From positions 27,821 to 91,820 of the forward strand of contig DATFHK010000012.1 in NCBI GenBank assembly GCA_035248505.1: a DNA stretch of 64,000 nt. The letters run 5' to 3'. This document shows, one piece after another, positions 46,062-56,436 of this stretch. Source of the stretch: Gemmatimonadaceae bacterium (GTDB taxonomy: Bacteria > Gemmatimonadota > Gemmatimonadetes > Gemmatimonadales > Gemmatimonadaceae). The notes under the pieces are model-generated. The model worked only from the letters and a program-made list of their open reading frames with translations, was not told where the DNA came from and made no database searches. How positions within the stretch are numbered: position 1 is the stretch's first letter; each line of letters begins with the position of its first letter. Position numbers and translations under genes: made by a program.

Positions 46062-48448
46062 CCGCTGGTCCAGCGCCAGTTGAGCACCTCCGGCGTGTCC
46101 TCGCCATGCTCTCTGATATACGCCGAATGCTCGGCGAGCTTCTGTTGCCAGAGTTTTATGGCTTCACGACCCTTCTCGCCCAGATCGCAACGCTTCACCG
46201 CGTCCATGGCCAGGTGATAGCGATCGAGATCATTCAGCACGGTCATGTCGAAGGGCGTTGTCGTCGTACCTTCTTCCTTGTAGCCCCTGACATGCAGATT
46301 CGCGTGATTTGTGCGGCGGTAAGTCAGTCGGTGAATGAGGAGCGGGTAGCCGTGAAACGCAAACACGATTGGTTTGTCTCGGGTAAAAATCGCGTCGAAG
46401 TCAGAGTCGGGCAGGCCGTGGGGATGCTCCGAGGCCGGCTGTAGCGCCATCAGATCGACGACGTTCACCACGCGAATGCGCAGCTTGGGTACGCTGGTTC
46501 GCAGAAGATCCACTGCGGCGAGCGTCTCCATCGTCGGCACGTCGCCCGCACAGGCCATCACAATGTCGGGCTCGCCGCCGGCATCGCTGCTCGCCCAATG
46601 CCACACGCCAACGCCTGCCTCGCAATGCCGAATTGCCGACTCGATGTCCAGCCATTGGGGAGCCGGCTGTTTTCCGGCGACAATGACGTTGATGTAGTTC
46701 CTGCTGCGCAAGCAGTGATCCGCTACCGACAACAACGTATTTGCATCGGGTGGCAGATAGACGCGAATCACGTCCGCTTTCTTGTTGACGACGTGATCGA
46801 TAAAACCCGGATCCTGATGGCTGAATCCGTTGTGGTCCTGCCGCCAGACGTGAGATGTCAGCAGGTAGTTCAGGGACGCCAGTGGTTTACGCCAAGGCAG
46901 TGCGCGCGTCACCTTCAGCCATTTGGCGTGCTGATTGAGCATCGAGTCGACAATGTGAATGAACGCCTCATAGCAGGAAAACAAACCGTGACGCCCGGTG
47001 AGCAGATATCCTTCGAGCCATCCCTGACAGGCGTGCTCGCTGAGGATTTCCATTACTCGGCCATCGTGTGAAACGTGTTCGTCCGTCGGCAGGATTTCTT
47101 CCGTCGACATTCGCGATGTCACCTCGAACAAGGCGTCGAGACGGTTCGAGCTCGTTTCATCGGGTCCGACGATGCGGAAGTTCCGCGCGTCGGCGTTCAG
47201 CTTCATCACGTCGCGCAGATATCGTCCAAGTACACGAGTGGCTTCGCCAATTGTCTCGCCGGGAGAGCGCACATCGATCGCGTAGTCCCGGAAGTCAGGG
47301 AGCTCGAGAGACTTGAGTAGCAGGCCGCCGTTTGCATGCGGGTTGGCGCCCATCCGTCTCGTACCGGTGGGTGCCAAACTCGCCAGCTCGGGCACCAGGC
47401 GCCCCTGCTCGTCGAACAACTCCTCGGGACGGTAGCTGCGCATCCACGATTCGAGCAACTCAAGATGATTCGGGTTGCCACGCACATCGGCGATCGGCAC
47501 CTGATGCGAACGGAAGCTTCCCTCGACCTTCTTGCCATCCACCTCGCGGGGACCCGTCCACCCTTTCGGTGTGTTCAGCACCAGCACCGGCCACCTTGGA
47601 CGGCCGTCAAACCCGTTGCTGCGTGCATCGTTCTGAATCCCGCGTATCTCGGCGAGAATCTGATCGAGCGTCGCCGCCATCTGCTGATGCACCGCCGCCG
47701 GCTCGTCTCCTTCGACGAAGTACGGTCGGTAGCCGTACCCGGAAAGCAGCTCGATCAGCTCGGTGCGGGGGATGCGCGCAAGTACCGTCGGCCCGGCGAT
47801 CTTGTAGCCGTTCAGGTGCAGAATCGGCAGCACCGCGCCGTCGTAAACGGGATTCAGGAATTTGTTGGAGTGCCAGCTGGTTGCGAGCGCGCCGGTCTCG
47901 GCTTCGCCATCGCCGATCACGCAACAGACGAGGAGGTCTGGATTGTCGAACGCCGCTCCGTATGCGTGCAGTAGTGCGTATCCGAGCTCGCCTCCTTCGT
48001 GGATGGAGCCAGGCGTCTCTGGAGAGGCGTGACTGGGAATGCCGCCCGGAAATGAAAACTGTTTGAACAGCTTTCTCATCCCCTCGGCGTTCTGGGTTAT
48101 CTCCGGATAGATCTCGCTGTAGGTGCCTTCGAGATAAGTGTTGGCAACTACGGCGGGCCCGCCGTGCCCTGGTCCGCAAATGAATATGCAATCGAGATCG
48201 TCACGCTTGATTACCCGATTCATGTGGGCGTAGATGAAATTCAGTCCGGGTGTCGTTCCCCAGTGGCCAAGCAGTCGCGGCTTGATGTCGTCGCTCTCGA
48301 GCGGGCGACGAAGCAACGGATTGTCGAGCAGGTAGATCTGGCCAACCGAGAGGTAATTCGCCGCGCGCCAATAAGCGTCGATGCGGGCCAGCTCGTCCGC
48401 AGGGAGAGCGCCGGTTTCGGCCAAGGGTTCCGTGCTGATTGCGGTCAA
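46058..48448 (-). CDS. xfp: Xylulose-5-P/fructose-6-P phosphoketolase
   Basis: [48 protein letters not shown]. Confidence 0.97.
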   Translation of the reverse strand: MTAISTEPLAETGALPADELARIDAYWRAANYLSVGQIYLLDNPLLRRPLESDDIKPRLLGHWGTTPGLNFIYAHMNRVIKRDDLDCIFICGPGHGGPAVVANTYLEGTYSEIYPEITQNAEGMRKLFKQFSFPGGIPSHASPETPGSIHEGGELGYALLHAYGAAFDNPDLLVCCVIGDGEAETGALATSWHSNKFLNPVYDGAVLPILHLNGYKIAGPTVLARIPRTELIELLSGYGYRPYFVEGDEPAAVHQQMAATLDQILAEIRGIQNDARSNGFDGRPRWPVLVLNTPKGWTGPREVDGKKVEGSFRSHQVPIADVRGNPNHLELLESWMRSYRPEELFDEQGRLVPELASLAPTGTRRMGANPHANGGLLLKSLELPDFRDYAIDVRSPGETIGEATRVLGRYLRDVMKLNADARNFRIVGPDETSSNRLDALFEVTSRMSTEEILPTDEHVSHDGRVMEILSEHACQGWLEGYLLTGRHGLFSCYEAFIHIVDSMLNQHAKWLKVTRALPWRKPLASLNYLLTSHVWRQDHNGFSHQDPGFIDHVVNKKADVIRVYLPPDANTLLSVADHCLRSRNYINVIVAGKQPAPQWLDIESAIRHCEAGVGVWHWASSDAGGEPDIVMACAGDVPTMETLAAVDLLRTSVPKLRIRVVNVVDLMALQPASEHPHGLPDSDFDAIFTRDKPIVFAFHGYPLLIHRLTYRRTNHANLHVRGYKEEGTTTTPFDMTVLNDLDRYHLAMDAVKRCDLGEKGREAIKLWQQKLAEHSAYIREHGEDTPEVLNWRWTSG

Positions 48449-48454
48449 GTGCGT

Positions 48455-48874
48455 CTAGGTTGAATCGTCCTGCGATGCGAGTTCGAGATGGAACCGATGC
48501 AGGAACCGATGCAATACTGGAGCTAGCAGCACGCCGACCATCGTGATGAAAGTCACGCCGCTGAACAGAGCGTAGAACCCAGCGAAGAGGTGCAAGCGAC
48601 CAACCTGCGCAGCACTCAAGGCGATCGGGTCTGCCGGCGGCCCCTCACCGGCGAGAATCATCGACGCATAGTAAAACGACTCGCTCCAATTGACGTGGCC
48701 GAATCGGTGGTAGCCAACCATGCCGACGAGCAGGCCGCCCCCGATGACCGACGTAGCGATGCTGAAGCTGCGCAGGAGTTTCCGCGCGAATACGCCGCGA
48801 CTTGGCATCGGCGTCATGGCCAACAATGCATCCGCCTGTGAAAGCATCCGCGGTTGGTGTGTTCCTGAACGCAT
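48455..48874 (-). CDS. Small 2-TM conserved hypothetical protein (K-channel pore-like fold)
   Basis: GMVGYH..W.ESFYYASMILAG.GP..LFAGFYALFSG..APVLHRFLHRFH. Confidence 0.7.
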   Translation of the reverse strand: MRSGTHQPRMLSQADALLAMTPMPSRGVFARKLLRSFSIATSVIGGGLLVGMVGYHRFGHVNWSESFYYASMILAGEGPPADPIALSAAQVGRLHLFAGFYALFSGVTFITMVGVLLAPVLHRFLHRFHLELASQDDST

Positions 48875-48913
48875 TGTGCTCCGGTCTGACTCCTATCGTA
48901 TTTGCGGTGGCGA

Positions 48914-50851
48914 TCACGCGCACGCAAGTGATCTGTCGCGATTGGCGATCACCTTGTGCAAGCATCTTTCGGCAGTCGTACGCAGCGAACGCACCAGTCC
49001 CGCGATGTAGTCAGGGTGCTGGCTCGTCGCGAATGGATTCATCACCGTCGCGCGCAATATCACGATTCCTTTCGCGCCATCCACATCCCAATACTGGCTC
49101 GCACCGACGCCAATCTGCTTCAGCAGTGGTCGCACGGCACCGTCGTAGGCCGGCGAGGTAAGGCGAGTGCGACTGATCACGTACTCCGGCCGCTTACCAT
49201 CCGCGGGACTCAATTCACCAAAAATCAGCTCGTTGAGCGCATTCAGTTCCTCGACAGAGCCAAGCGAAGGATGAGCGATCAGGAAGCAAACGATGTTGAG
49301 ATCGGGTGCAGGCAGCGTTATCGCGTCAAAAGGCTCGAGTGTCGATGCGCCTAGCTCGCGATGCAATCGGTGCGCGGCAGAGATGGTCGAAGCTATGAGC
49401 CGGCCGTGTGCCGTGTTGTCGAGAGGAAGCGTTTGATGATTCAGCCAAACGGCAGCCGCCGAAGCCCCCGGCTTCGATCCTTCGAATATGAACCGTCCGA
49501 GGAATGGGACGTCGCTTGCCTGAGCCGATGATGGCGCGAGGTACGGCGGGTCGGTCGCTACCAGCTCACGTGCTCGTCGATCGCGGAGCAGGAATGCGCC
49601 CGCTGGATAAGGAACGTATCCGAGCTTGTGAGGGTCAATGCTCAGTGAATCTGCTTTTTCCAGAGCTGATATTGAGCGAACCCACGTGTCGCTCGGCCAC
49701 TCGGTGCCCAGCGCCGCGCGGATCTCAACTGCGTTCTGTCTTGAATTATCCTTGCCGCGGGTAATTGCGGCGGCATAGCCCCCATAACAGGCGTCAACGT
49801 GAATGTGAAAAGTTACTCGGAGTTTTCGCTCGGCGATCGCACGAACGGCCATGATCTCATCGATCCGATCGATCGCGCTTTCCTCGGTTGAACCGCACAC
49901 TGCGACGCAAGCCATGATTGGGACGCGGCGCTCAGTGAGCCGCACGATGGTCTCCCACAGCGCCGCCGTGTCCATCCGGCATGACTCGTCTACGGGAAGT
50001 TGCACCAATTGCTTCGCGCCAATGCCGAGTGCGCGAACGATCTTTTCCCAGGAGTAATGGCCCGTGGCGGTTGCGAGCACGACACCCGGCGGAAGCGGAT
50101 CGCCGAAGTCCGCCGCCAGTCTGCGAGTGTAGTCCTGATATCCGAGCGTCGCCAGCGAGCGCGACGCCAACGCCTTTTCAACCACGTGGCGCGGCGCAGT
50201 TGCCCACAGACTATCCCAAAGATCGAGCGAGGCGGCGGGCCTAAGATTCAGCAGGTCCCATAGTGCGAGGTCGCGCAGCCGCGCGCGGGATCCATCCGGA
50301 AGCGACACGCTCAGTTCGACTCCGAGTTCATCAGCGGCTCCCGCCGCCGCAACGGGATGATAAAGGACGTTTCGGGCGATCCACAGCGCCTCGAAGTTCG
50401 CGATGGTCCCGCCCGATGTCAGATGTCCCCACGATCGCTGCGCATCATATCCGATCATCTCTGCCAGGTGTTTGACGACTTCCAATTCGAGCAGCGTCGT
50501 TACCGGCGCTACTTCGGACGAGATGTTGTTCGGGTTGTAGAGCATGGCGGCGAAGTACGCAGCCTGTGACGCGATCGTCTGATCAGAAAGCATGTGAGCG
50601 TTGTACCGTCCACTGAAAAACGGGACACTCGCGTGCAGGCGATTGAGGAGCTGGAGAAAGCTGCTCTTGATCGATTCGGCGGCATGAGACGGACGGCCCG
50701 AAGTCGAATCCATCGTTGGTGAAGGATCTTGAGGATGGTACCGCCGACGCCATCGGACGTGATCGTCGATGGCGGTGCTAATCAGCTCCTCCAGCAGTGT
50801 CGCGTTCTCGGCCTTCGGTCCGAGAAAGCGGAATCCAATTGAATCACCCAA
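48914..50851 (-). CDS. Group II PLP-dependent decarboxylase (tyrosine-decarboxylase-like)
   Basis: SVPFFSGRYNAHM, GHLTSGGTIAN, HYSW.K, HVDACYGG, SIDPHKLGY (PLP Lys), EGSKPG. Confidence 0.88.
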   Translation of the reverse strand: MGDSIGFRFLGPKAENATLLEELISTAIDDHVRWRRRYHPQDPSPTMDSTSGRPSHAAESIKSSFLQLLNRLHASVPFFSGRYNAHMLSDQTIASQAAYFAAMLYNPNNISSEVAPVTTLLELEVVKHLAEMIGYDAQRSWGHLTSGGTIANFEALWIARNVLYHPVAAAGAADELGVELSVSLPDGSRARLRDLALWDLLNLRPAASLDLWDSLWATAPRHVVEKALASRSLATLGYQDYTRRLAADFGDPLPPGVVLATATGHYSWEKIVRALGIGAKQLVQLPVDESCRMDTAALWETIVRLTERRVPIMACVAVCGSTEESAIDRIDEIMAVRAIAERKLRVTFHIHVDACYGGYAAAITRGKDNSRQNAVEIRAALGTEWPSDTWVRSISALEKADSLSIDPHKLGYVPYPAGAFLLRDRRARELVATDPPYLAPSSAQASDVPFLGRFIFEGSKPGASAAAVWLNHQTLPLDNTAHGRLIASTISAAHRLHRELGASTLEPFDAITLPAPDLNIVCFLIAHPSLGSVEELNALNELIFGELSPADGKRPEYVISRTRLTSPAYDGAVRPLLKQIGVGASQYWDVDGAKGIVILRATVMNPFATSQHPDYIAGLVRSLRTTAERCLHKVIANRDRSLACA

Positions 50852-50944
50852 TGGGTAAGCCTCTCTTTTTAGCCGGTCGTACCGCTGATCAAAGGTGACG
50901 ATCAGGGCGTTAGCCGGCAGAGAGGGCGTGTTACTGAATTACGG

Positions 50945-50958
50945 TAGGGGTTTCCCGC
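50945..50958. promoter_or_regulatory. Putative NarL/NreC-family site TAGGG-GTTT-CCCGC (extra half-site CCCTA at 50986-50990)
   Basis: 8/10 match in the divergent decarboxylase/kinase region. Confidence 0.45.
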
Positions 50959-51119
50959 AGGGATTCGTCCGTTGCTTCCCCGTTCCCCTACAAAGCGGGG
51001 CCGTAGTGCTGACAAAAAATCCACTAACCCTGTACTGAGCTCAACAGTTCCGAATCGTATCCTCGGTATCCACTACTGAAAGGGATTCCGATGGCAACGA
51101 AACCGACTGCTACCAGTAT

Positions 51120-53963
51120 TTGCCCGTTAGCATGGAGCACCATCTTGCGCTGGGGAGCGCAGTGAGTAGCGCTTACAGCAGGCACAACCGTCAGGCCGGA
51201 GTCGACGCATTGCGACTTGGCGGGCGAAAGGTAAGCGAGCTCCTTAAATCGGCTCGCGCGGCGAGCATTGACTACACGCAGCCAGCGCAATCGGAGTCTG
51301 CGCTGCGGGTTCTGGCGGTGACGACTGATGTACACGACGCCGATGCAATCGGCGATCAGCTACGCGGCGCCGGGTTCAAGGTGCGAGTGGATCTCGCCGT
51401 CACGCGAAGTGAGCTGGCCGTACGCCTTCGCGGCCGCGTTTATGATGTCATCGTAGCCGACTTCGATCTCGGCCAATGGACCGCTCTCGATGTGTTGGTG
51501 CTATTGCGGGAATTGGGCAATGACACTCCTGTCATCGTTGTGGCACCGATTGGCGACCCGCGTGTAATCGAATGTGTTAGAAGCGGCGCAACTGATTACG
51601 TCAGTTGGCAGAACCTGAGTCGCCTTACAGTCGCTGTACGGCGCGGGATTGCGGAAAGACGGGCGCGTCTGGAGCGGGAGGACGCGGACCAGCTGATTCG
51701 CAAGCTTACACTTGCGGTCGATCAGAGCCCGGCCTCGGTGATCTTCACTAACACAGCCGGCACGATTGAGTACGTGAATCAGCGGTTCACCGAGGTCACG
51801 GGCTACACCTTCGACGAAGCGGTTGGTCGCACGCCGCGGATGCTCAACTCCGGGCAAAACTCGCGCGAGATGTATGCATCGTTGTGGCGAACGATTCGCG
51901 ACGGCCAGGTATGGCGCGGCGAGCTGCGCAACAGGCGCAAGAACGGTGATGTGTACTGGGACTCGGTAAGTATTTCGCCGATTCGTGACAACAACGGTAC
52001 GGTCACGCATTTCCTTGGCTGTCAGGAAGACATCACCGCTCGCAAAAACGCCGAGCAGCAAATACGCGAGAGCGAACACCGTTTTCGCCAGCTCGCCGAG
52101 AATACGCAAGAGGTCTTCTTCGTCGCCAGCGCGTCCTTGCGGGAAATGCTCTACATAAGCCCGGCCTATGAACAGATATGGGGGCGCAGCTGCGAGAGTC
52201 TTTATGCGAACCCGCAATCATTCATCGATGCGATTCCGCTACGGCACCGCGATGCCGTGTTCGCCTACGTGTCACGTCTACAGAGAGGCGAGGCGGTACC
52301 GCCGATCGAGTACGAAGTCGTTCGACCCGACGGCTCCGTGCGGTGGGTGCTTAACAACGCCGTGGCGATCAAGGATGCGAGCGGCGTCGTTTATCGAATG
52401 AGTGGCTCGGTGATAGATGTCACCGATCGGCGAAACGCTGAAATAGCGCTCAAGGAAAGCGAAGAGCGATTTCGCCTTCTTACGGAGGCCTCTTTCGACG
52501 GGATAGTCATTGTCGCAAACGGTGTGATAAAGGAAGCGAATCAAGGCCTGGCCGATATCACGGGCTACACCGTGGAAGAACTTATCGGTAGTCAGGCAAT
52601 CGATATTGCCGCCGACGAGTCGAAGCAGCTCGTTCGCGGGCGAATCGCGCAGGGAATCGACGGTGTATACGAGTTTGTTGGTTTGCACCGCAGCGGACGG
52701 AAAATCCTCTTCGAAGCGGCGGCGAAATCGCACGTCATCGACGGTCGGCCGGGCCGCATTACGGCGCTGCGCGACATTACGGAGAAAAGAAATCTTGAGA
52801 ACCAGTTCCGTCAGGCGCAGAAGATGGAGGCGGTGGGGCGGCTTGCGGGCGGCGTGGCGCACGATTTCAACAATCTGCTCAGTGTCATCCTCACCTATTC
52901 CGAGATGCTCGCTGAAAGTCTGGACGTCACGGACGAACGCCGTGAGGATATCGAGGAAATCCAGAAAGCGTCGAAGGCCGCCGCATCTTTAACGCGCCAG
53001 CTACTGGCGTTTAGTCGACAACAGGTAATCGAGCCTCGCGTCGTTTCCCTCAACGAGGTGGTTGCAAACGCAGACAAGATGCTGCGCCGCCTCATCGGCG
53101 AAGATATTGAGTTGGCGAGTAGGCTGTGTTCCGCCGATTGCTCGACTCTCATCGACGCCGGTCAATTGGAACAGGTCATCATGAATCTCGCGGTAAATGC
53201 ACGCGACGCGATGCCCACCGGCGGCAAGCTCACGCTTGAAACCCTTGTCGTTGATCTCGACGACACCTACGCACACTCGCATTTCCCGGCCGTTGCCGGC
53301 CGGTTTGCCATGCTTGCTGTGACCGATACCGGCATCGGCATGACACCCGAAACGCGCGCGCGAATCTTCGAGCCCTTTTTCACAACCAAGGAGGCAGGCA
53401 AGGGCACTGGACTCGGCCTCGCGACAGTGTACGGGATCGTCAAGCAGAACAACGGCTTTATCTGGGTTTATAGCGAGGTGGGCGCGGGATCGACGTTCAA
53501 GCTGTACTTCCCTATCGCCTCCGCTGCGGCCCCCGCGCCAGCGACCGCAGGTTCGACGGCGAATCTGCGCGGCACTGAGAGCATTCTGCTGGTGGAAGAT
53601 TCGCCGGCGGTACGCACCGCGGCTCGCGCGATTCTTCAGCGCTATGGATACAACGTGATCGAGGCTGCGACGGGCAAGGCGGCTCTGGCGATCGCCACCA
53701 AAAGGCAACCGGCGATCGACCTGCTCCTCACTGATGTCGTGATGCCTGAAATGAGCGGTCGCGAGCTCGCGGAGGAGTTCAGCAAGCTCCGTCCGGACTG
53801 CAAGGTCATCTTCATGTCGGGCTACACCGACGACGCAGTGGTGCGGCATGGAATTCTGACCGCGAAGGTAGCCTACCTCCAAAAACCGTTCAGCGGTGAG
53901 GCCCTCGCCGGCAAAGTTCGCTCTGTGTTGGACGGCACGACCCCCGTTTCTGCCCTGAAATGA
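51120..53963 (+). CDS. Hybrid histidine kinase REC-PAS-PAS-PAS-HisKA-HATPase-REC (CckA-type core)
   Basis: QKMEAVGRLAGGVAHDFNN, NLAVNARDAM, FEPFFTTK, GTGLGL, LTDVVMP; start uncertain. Confidence 0.93.
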   Translation: MPVSMEHHLALGSAVSSAYSRHNRQAGVDALRLGGRKVSELLKSARAASIDYTQPAQSESALRVLAVTTDVHDADAIGDQLRGAGFKVRVDLAVTRSELAVRLRGRVYDVIVADFDLGQWTALDVLVLLRELGNDTPVIVVAPIGDPRVIECVRSGATDYVSWQNLSRLTVAVRRGIAERRARLEREDADQLIRKLTLAVDQSPASVIFTNTAGTIEYVNQRFTEVTGYTFDEAVGRTPRMLNSGQNSREMYASLWRTIRDGQVWRGELRNRRKNGDVYWDSVSISPIRDNNGTVTHFLGCQEDITARKNAEQQIRESEHRFRQLAENTQEVFFVASASLREMLYISPAYEQIWGRSCESLYANPQSFIDAIPLRHRDAVFAYVSRLQRGEAVPPIEYEVVRPDGSVRWVLNNAVAIKDASGVVYRMSGSVIDVTDRRNAEIALKESEERFRLLTEASFDGIVIVANGVIKEANQGLADITGYTVEELIGSQAIDIAADESKQLVRGRIAQGIDGVYEFVGLHRSGRKILFEAAAKSHVIDGRPGRITALRDITEKRNLENQFRQAQKMEAVGRLAGGVAHDFNNLLSVILTYSEMLAESLDVTDERREDIEEIQKASKAAASLTRQLLAFSRQQVIEPRVVSLNEVVANADKMLRRLIGEDIELASRLCSADCSTLIDAGQLEQVIMNLAVNARDAMPTGGKLTLETLVVDLDDTYAHSHFPAVAGRFAMLAVTDTGIGMTPETRARIFEPFFTTKEAGKGTGLGLATVYGIVKQNNGFIWVYSEVGAGSTFKLYFPIASAAAPAPATAGSTANLRGTESILLVEDSPAVRTAARAILQRYGYNVIEAATGKAALAIATKRQPAIDLLLTDVVMPEMSGRELAEEFSKLRPDCKVIFMSGYTDDAVVRHGILTAKVAYLQKPFSGEALAGKVRSVLDGTTPVSALK

Positions 53964-54364
53964 CAGTATTTGCTCAGGCAACAATCCTTGTTCTCGAGCA
54001 CGAGGGCGGCCTGCGCAGTCTGGCGTGTAGGGTGCTTGCGGGCCAAGCCTACCACGTGCTGGAAGCAGCCGACGGTTCGCAGGCGTGCGAGACCGCCGCG
54101 ACAGAAGCCACCATCGATTTACTGATTTGCGACGTCGACGTTGCTCAAATACGCGCGCGAACGCTGGTTACGGCAATCCGCCTTTTCCACCCCGAGCTTG
54201 ACGTGGTCTTCAGCTCCGCGCGCACAGATAGGGAGTTGCTGACTCGCGGATTCGACATCGGGATAGACCATTTGCTCAAGCGGCCCTTCAACGGTACACA
54301 ATTGATGGACGCTGTGCGCGCGGCGCTCCGCTTTGAGCCGCTCGTTTCGCTAGATTTGAGGTAA
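53960..54364 (+). CDS. Single-domain response regulator (atypical REC)
   Basis: ILVLEHE..YHVLEAADG..IDLLICD..VVFSS..LKRPF. Confidence 0.75.
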   Translation: MTVFAQATILVLEHEGGLRSLACRVLAGQAYHVLEAADGSQACETAATEATIDLLICDVDVAQIRARTLVTAIRLFHPELDVVFSSARTDRELLTRGFDIGIDHLLKRPFNGTQLMDAVRAALRFEPLVSLDLR

Positions 54365-54380
54365 CTGCACGGAGAATAGC

Positions 54381-55802
54381 ATGCCCAAGCCCGGTACGAC
54401 CGCAGCACCTTCCACGAACAAGAAGAAAACCTCAACCGACGGCAGTCGAGGCCCGACCGCCGCGGCGAAACCCGCCAAGCCAGCGACAGGCGCCTCCAAT
54501 GGCGACGCGCTCGAAATAAAAGACGGCCGCACCAATCAGACCTACACGGTTCAGATCGCCGAGTGCGCGATACGGGCGACTGAGCTCAAGAAAATCAAAA
54601 CCGACGATCCAAGCGATTCCGGTCTGCTGAGTTACGATCCAGCCTTCCTCAATACTGCCTCGTGTCGCAGCGCGATCACTTACATCGACGGCGACCGCGG
54701 AATCCTTCGCTATCGCGGGTACCCGATCGAACAACTAGCGGAAAAAGCGAGCTTCCTCGAGGTAGCTTGGCTGCTGCGGCGCGGCGAGCTGCCGACGCAG
54801 CAGGAGTACGATCAGTTCGTCCACGACGTGACGTGGCACACCTATGTCCACGAGAACTTCCGCAAATTCCTTGAAGGCTTCCGCTATGACGCGCACCCGA
54901 TGGCGATACTGAACAGCGGCATCGCCGCACTCGCCTCGTTCTATCCAACGTCGCGCAACATCTTCGATGAGCGCGAGCGCGACATATCGATGGTTCGCCT
55001 GCTCGCCAAGACGCCGACCATCGCTGCGTTCTCATATCGGCACGTCAAAGGGATGCCGTTCGTCTATCCCGACAATCGACTCTCCTACGTCGAGAACTTC
55101 CTCTCGATGATCAATCGCATGAGCGAGTCGAAGTACGAGGCAAATCCAACCTTCGTGCGCGCGCTCGAGATCCTGTTCATTCTGCACGCCGATCACGAGC
55201 AGAATTGCTCGACCAGCGCTGTCCGCGGCGTCGGCTCCTCGCACGTCGACCCGTTTTCGGCGATGTCGGCGGGAGTTGCCGCGCTCTTTGGTCCGCTCCA
55301 CGGCGGCGCCAACGAGCAGGTGCTGCGAATGATCACCGAGATCGGCAACGTCAAGAACGTGCCGAAGTTCATCGAGGGCGTGAAGAGTGGACAGGGCGGG
55401 CGACTGATGGGATTCGGCCACCGCGTCTACAAGAGCTACGACCCGCGCGCCAAGATCGTGAAGAAGCTCGCTGACGACATATTCAAGGTCGTCGGCGTCG
55501 ACAAGGATCTGGAGATCGCGCTCGAGCTCGAGCGGATCGCGCTGTCGGACGACTACTTCGTCTCGCGCAAGCTCTATCCGAACGTCGACTTCTACACCGG
55601 ACTGATCTATCGGTCGATGGGATTCCCGACCGATTTCTTCACCGTGCTGTTCGCGATCGCCCGCATGTCGGGCTGGCTCGCGCAGTGGGAAGAGATGCTG
55701 CTCGACAAGGAGCAGAAGATCTCGCGGCCGCGACAGATCTACATTGGGCAGACCGAGCGGCCGTACGCTAGTCGTTTATCTAAAAAGGAGCTCCCGGGGT
55801 AA
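54381..55802 (+). CDS. gltA: Citrate synthase
   Basis: LRYRGY, HADHEQNCST, GPLHGGAN, GFGHRVY..YDPR, YPNVDFY. Confidence 0.97.
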   Translation: MPKPGTTAAPSTNKKKTSTDGSRGPTAAAKPAKPATGASNGDALEIKDGRTNQTYTVQIAECAIRATELKKIKTDDPSDSGLLSYDPAFLNTASCRSAITYIDGDRGILRYRGYPIEQLAEKASFLEVAWLLRRGELPTQQEYDQFVHDVTWHTYVHENFRKFLEGFRYDAHPMAILNSGIAALASFYPTSRNIFDERERDISMVRLLAKTPTIAAFSYRHVKGMPFVYPDNRLSYVENFLSMINRMSESKYEANPTFVRALEILFILHADHEQNCSTSAVRGVGSSHVDPFSAMSAGVAALFGPLHGGANEQVLRMITEIGNVKNVPKFIEGVKSGQGGRLMGFGHRVYKSYDPRAKIVKKLADDIFKVVGVDKDLEIALELERIALSDDYFVSRKLYPNVDFYTGLIYRSMGFPTDFFTVLFAIARMSGWLAQWEEMLLDKEQKISRPRQIYIGQTERPYASRLSKKELPG

Positions 55803-55948
55803 CCACTGTGCACCGCGCGGGACAAGTCTCGTCATGTGCAGGTGACACTGCGCTTCGTTGACTCTGAATTGAAAGAGTCAAGCTGTGGAATGGGCGATGC
55901 CAAATGCGGCTTCGCCCATTCTTTTTGCGGAATACGCGGGAGCCTGCC

Positions 55949-56389
55949 ATGAGGAAGAGTTCTATTTTCGCGATCACTCTCATCAGCGTCGGTTGTTATC
56001 ACGTGTCAACCGCTGCAAGCCTGATGGATCCCAGTCTGCATCTCACCAGAACCTGCCCCGACGCGGTCAAGCTTTATCTGACGGCCGATCGTGTTAAGAC
56101 GGACTACCGCGAAGTTGCGCTGCTCAACTCTACGGGACGCACCCGCGATACCAGCGTAGAAGAGATGATTGAGTCGATGCGGGAGAAGGCAGCCAAGATC
56201 GGCGCGAATGCAATCATTCTGAGCGGAATCGACGAGCCGAAAGAGGCAACAAAAGTCGCCGCGGAAGCCACCAACGTTCTGACCGGCTACGCCGTCGCCC
56301 TCAGCCCTGCCAGAAGGGGACATGCGCTGGCGATTTACATCCCGGCTGATTCCGCCGATTCCCAGGCAACCTGCGCCAAGCCGAAGTGA
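55949..56389 (+). CDS. Hypothetical lipoprotein (YbjQ-like motif)
   Basis: Lipobox SVGC; MREKAAKIGANAII. Confidence 0.65.
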   Translation: MRKSSIFAITLISVGCYHVSTAASLMDPSLHLTRTCPDAVKLYLTADRVKTDYREVALLNSTGRTRDTSVEEMIESMREKAAKIGANAIILSGIDEPKEATKVAAEATNVLTGYAVALSPARRGHALAIYIPADSADSQATCAKPK

Positions 56390-56391
56390 TG

Positions 56392-56411
56392 ACGGCGCTT
56401 TGCAGCGCCGT
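56392..56411. terminator. Hairpin between convergent genes
   Basis: ACGGCGCT-ttgc-AGCGCCGT. Confidence 0.5.
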
Positions 56412-56436
56412 TCACCACCAGGCGTGATTTAAAGAA

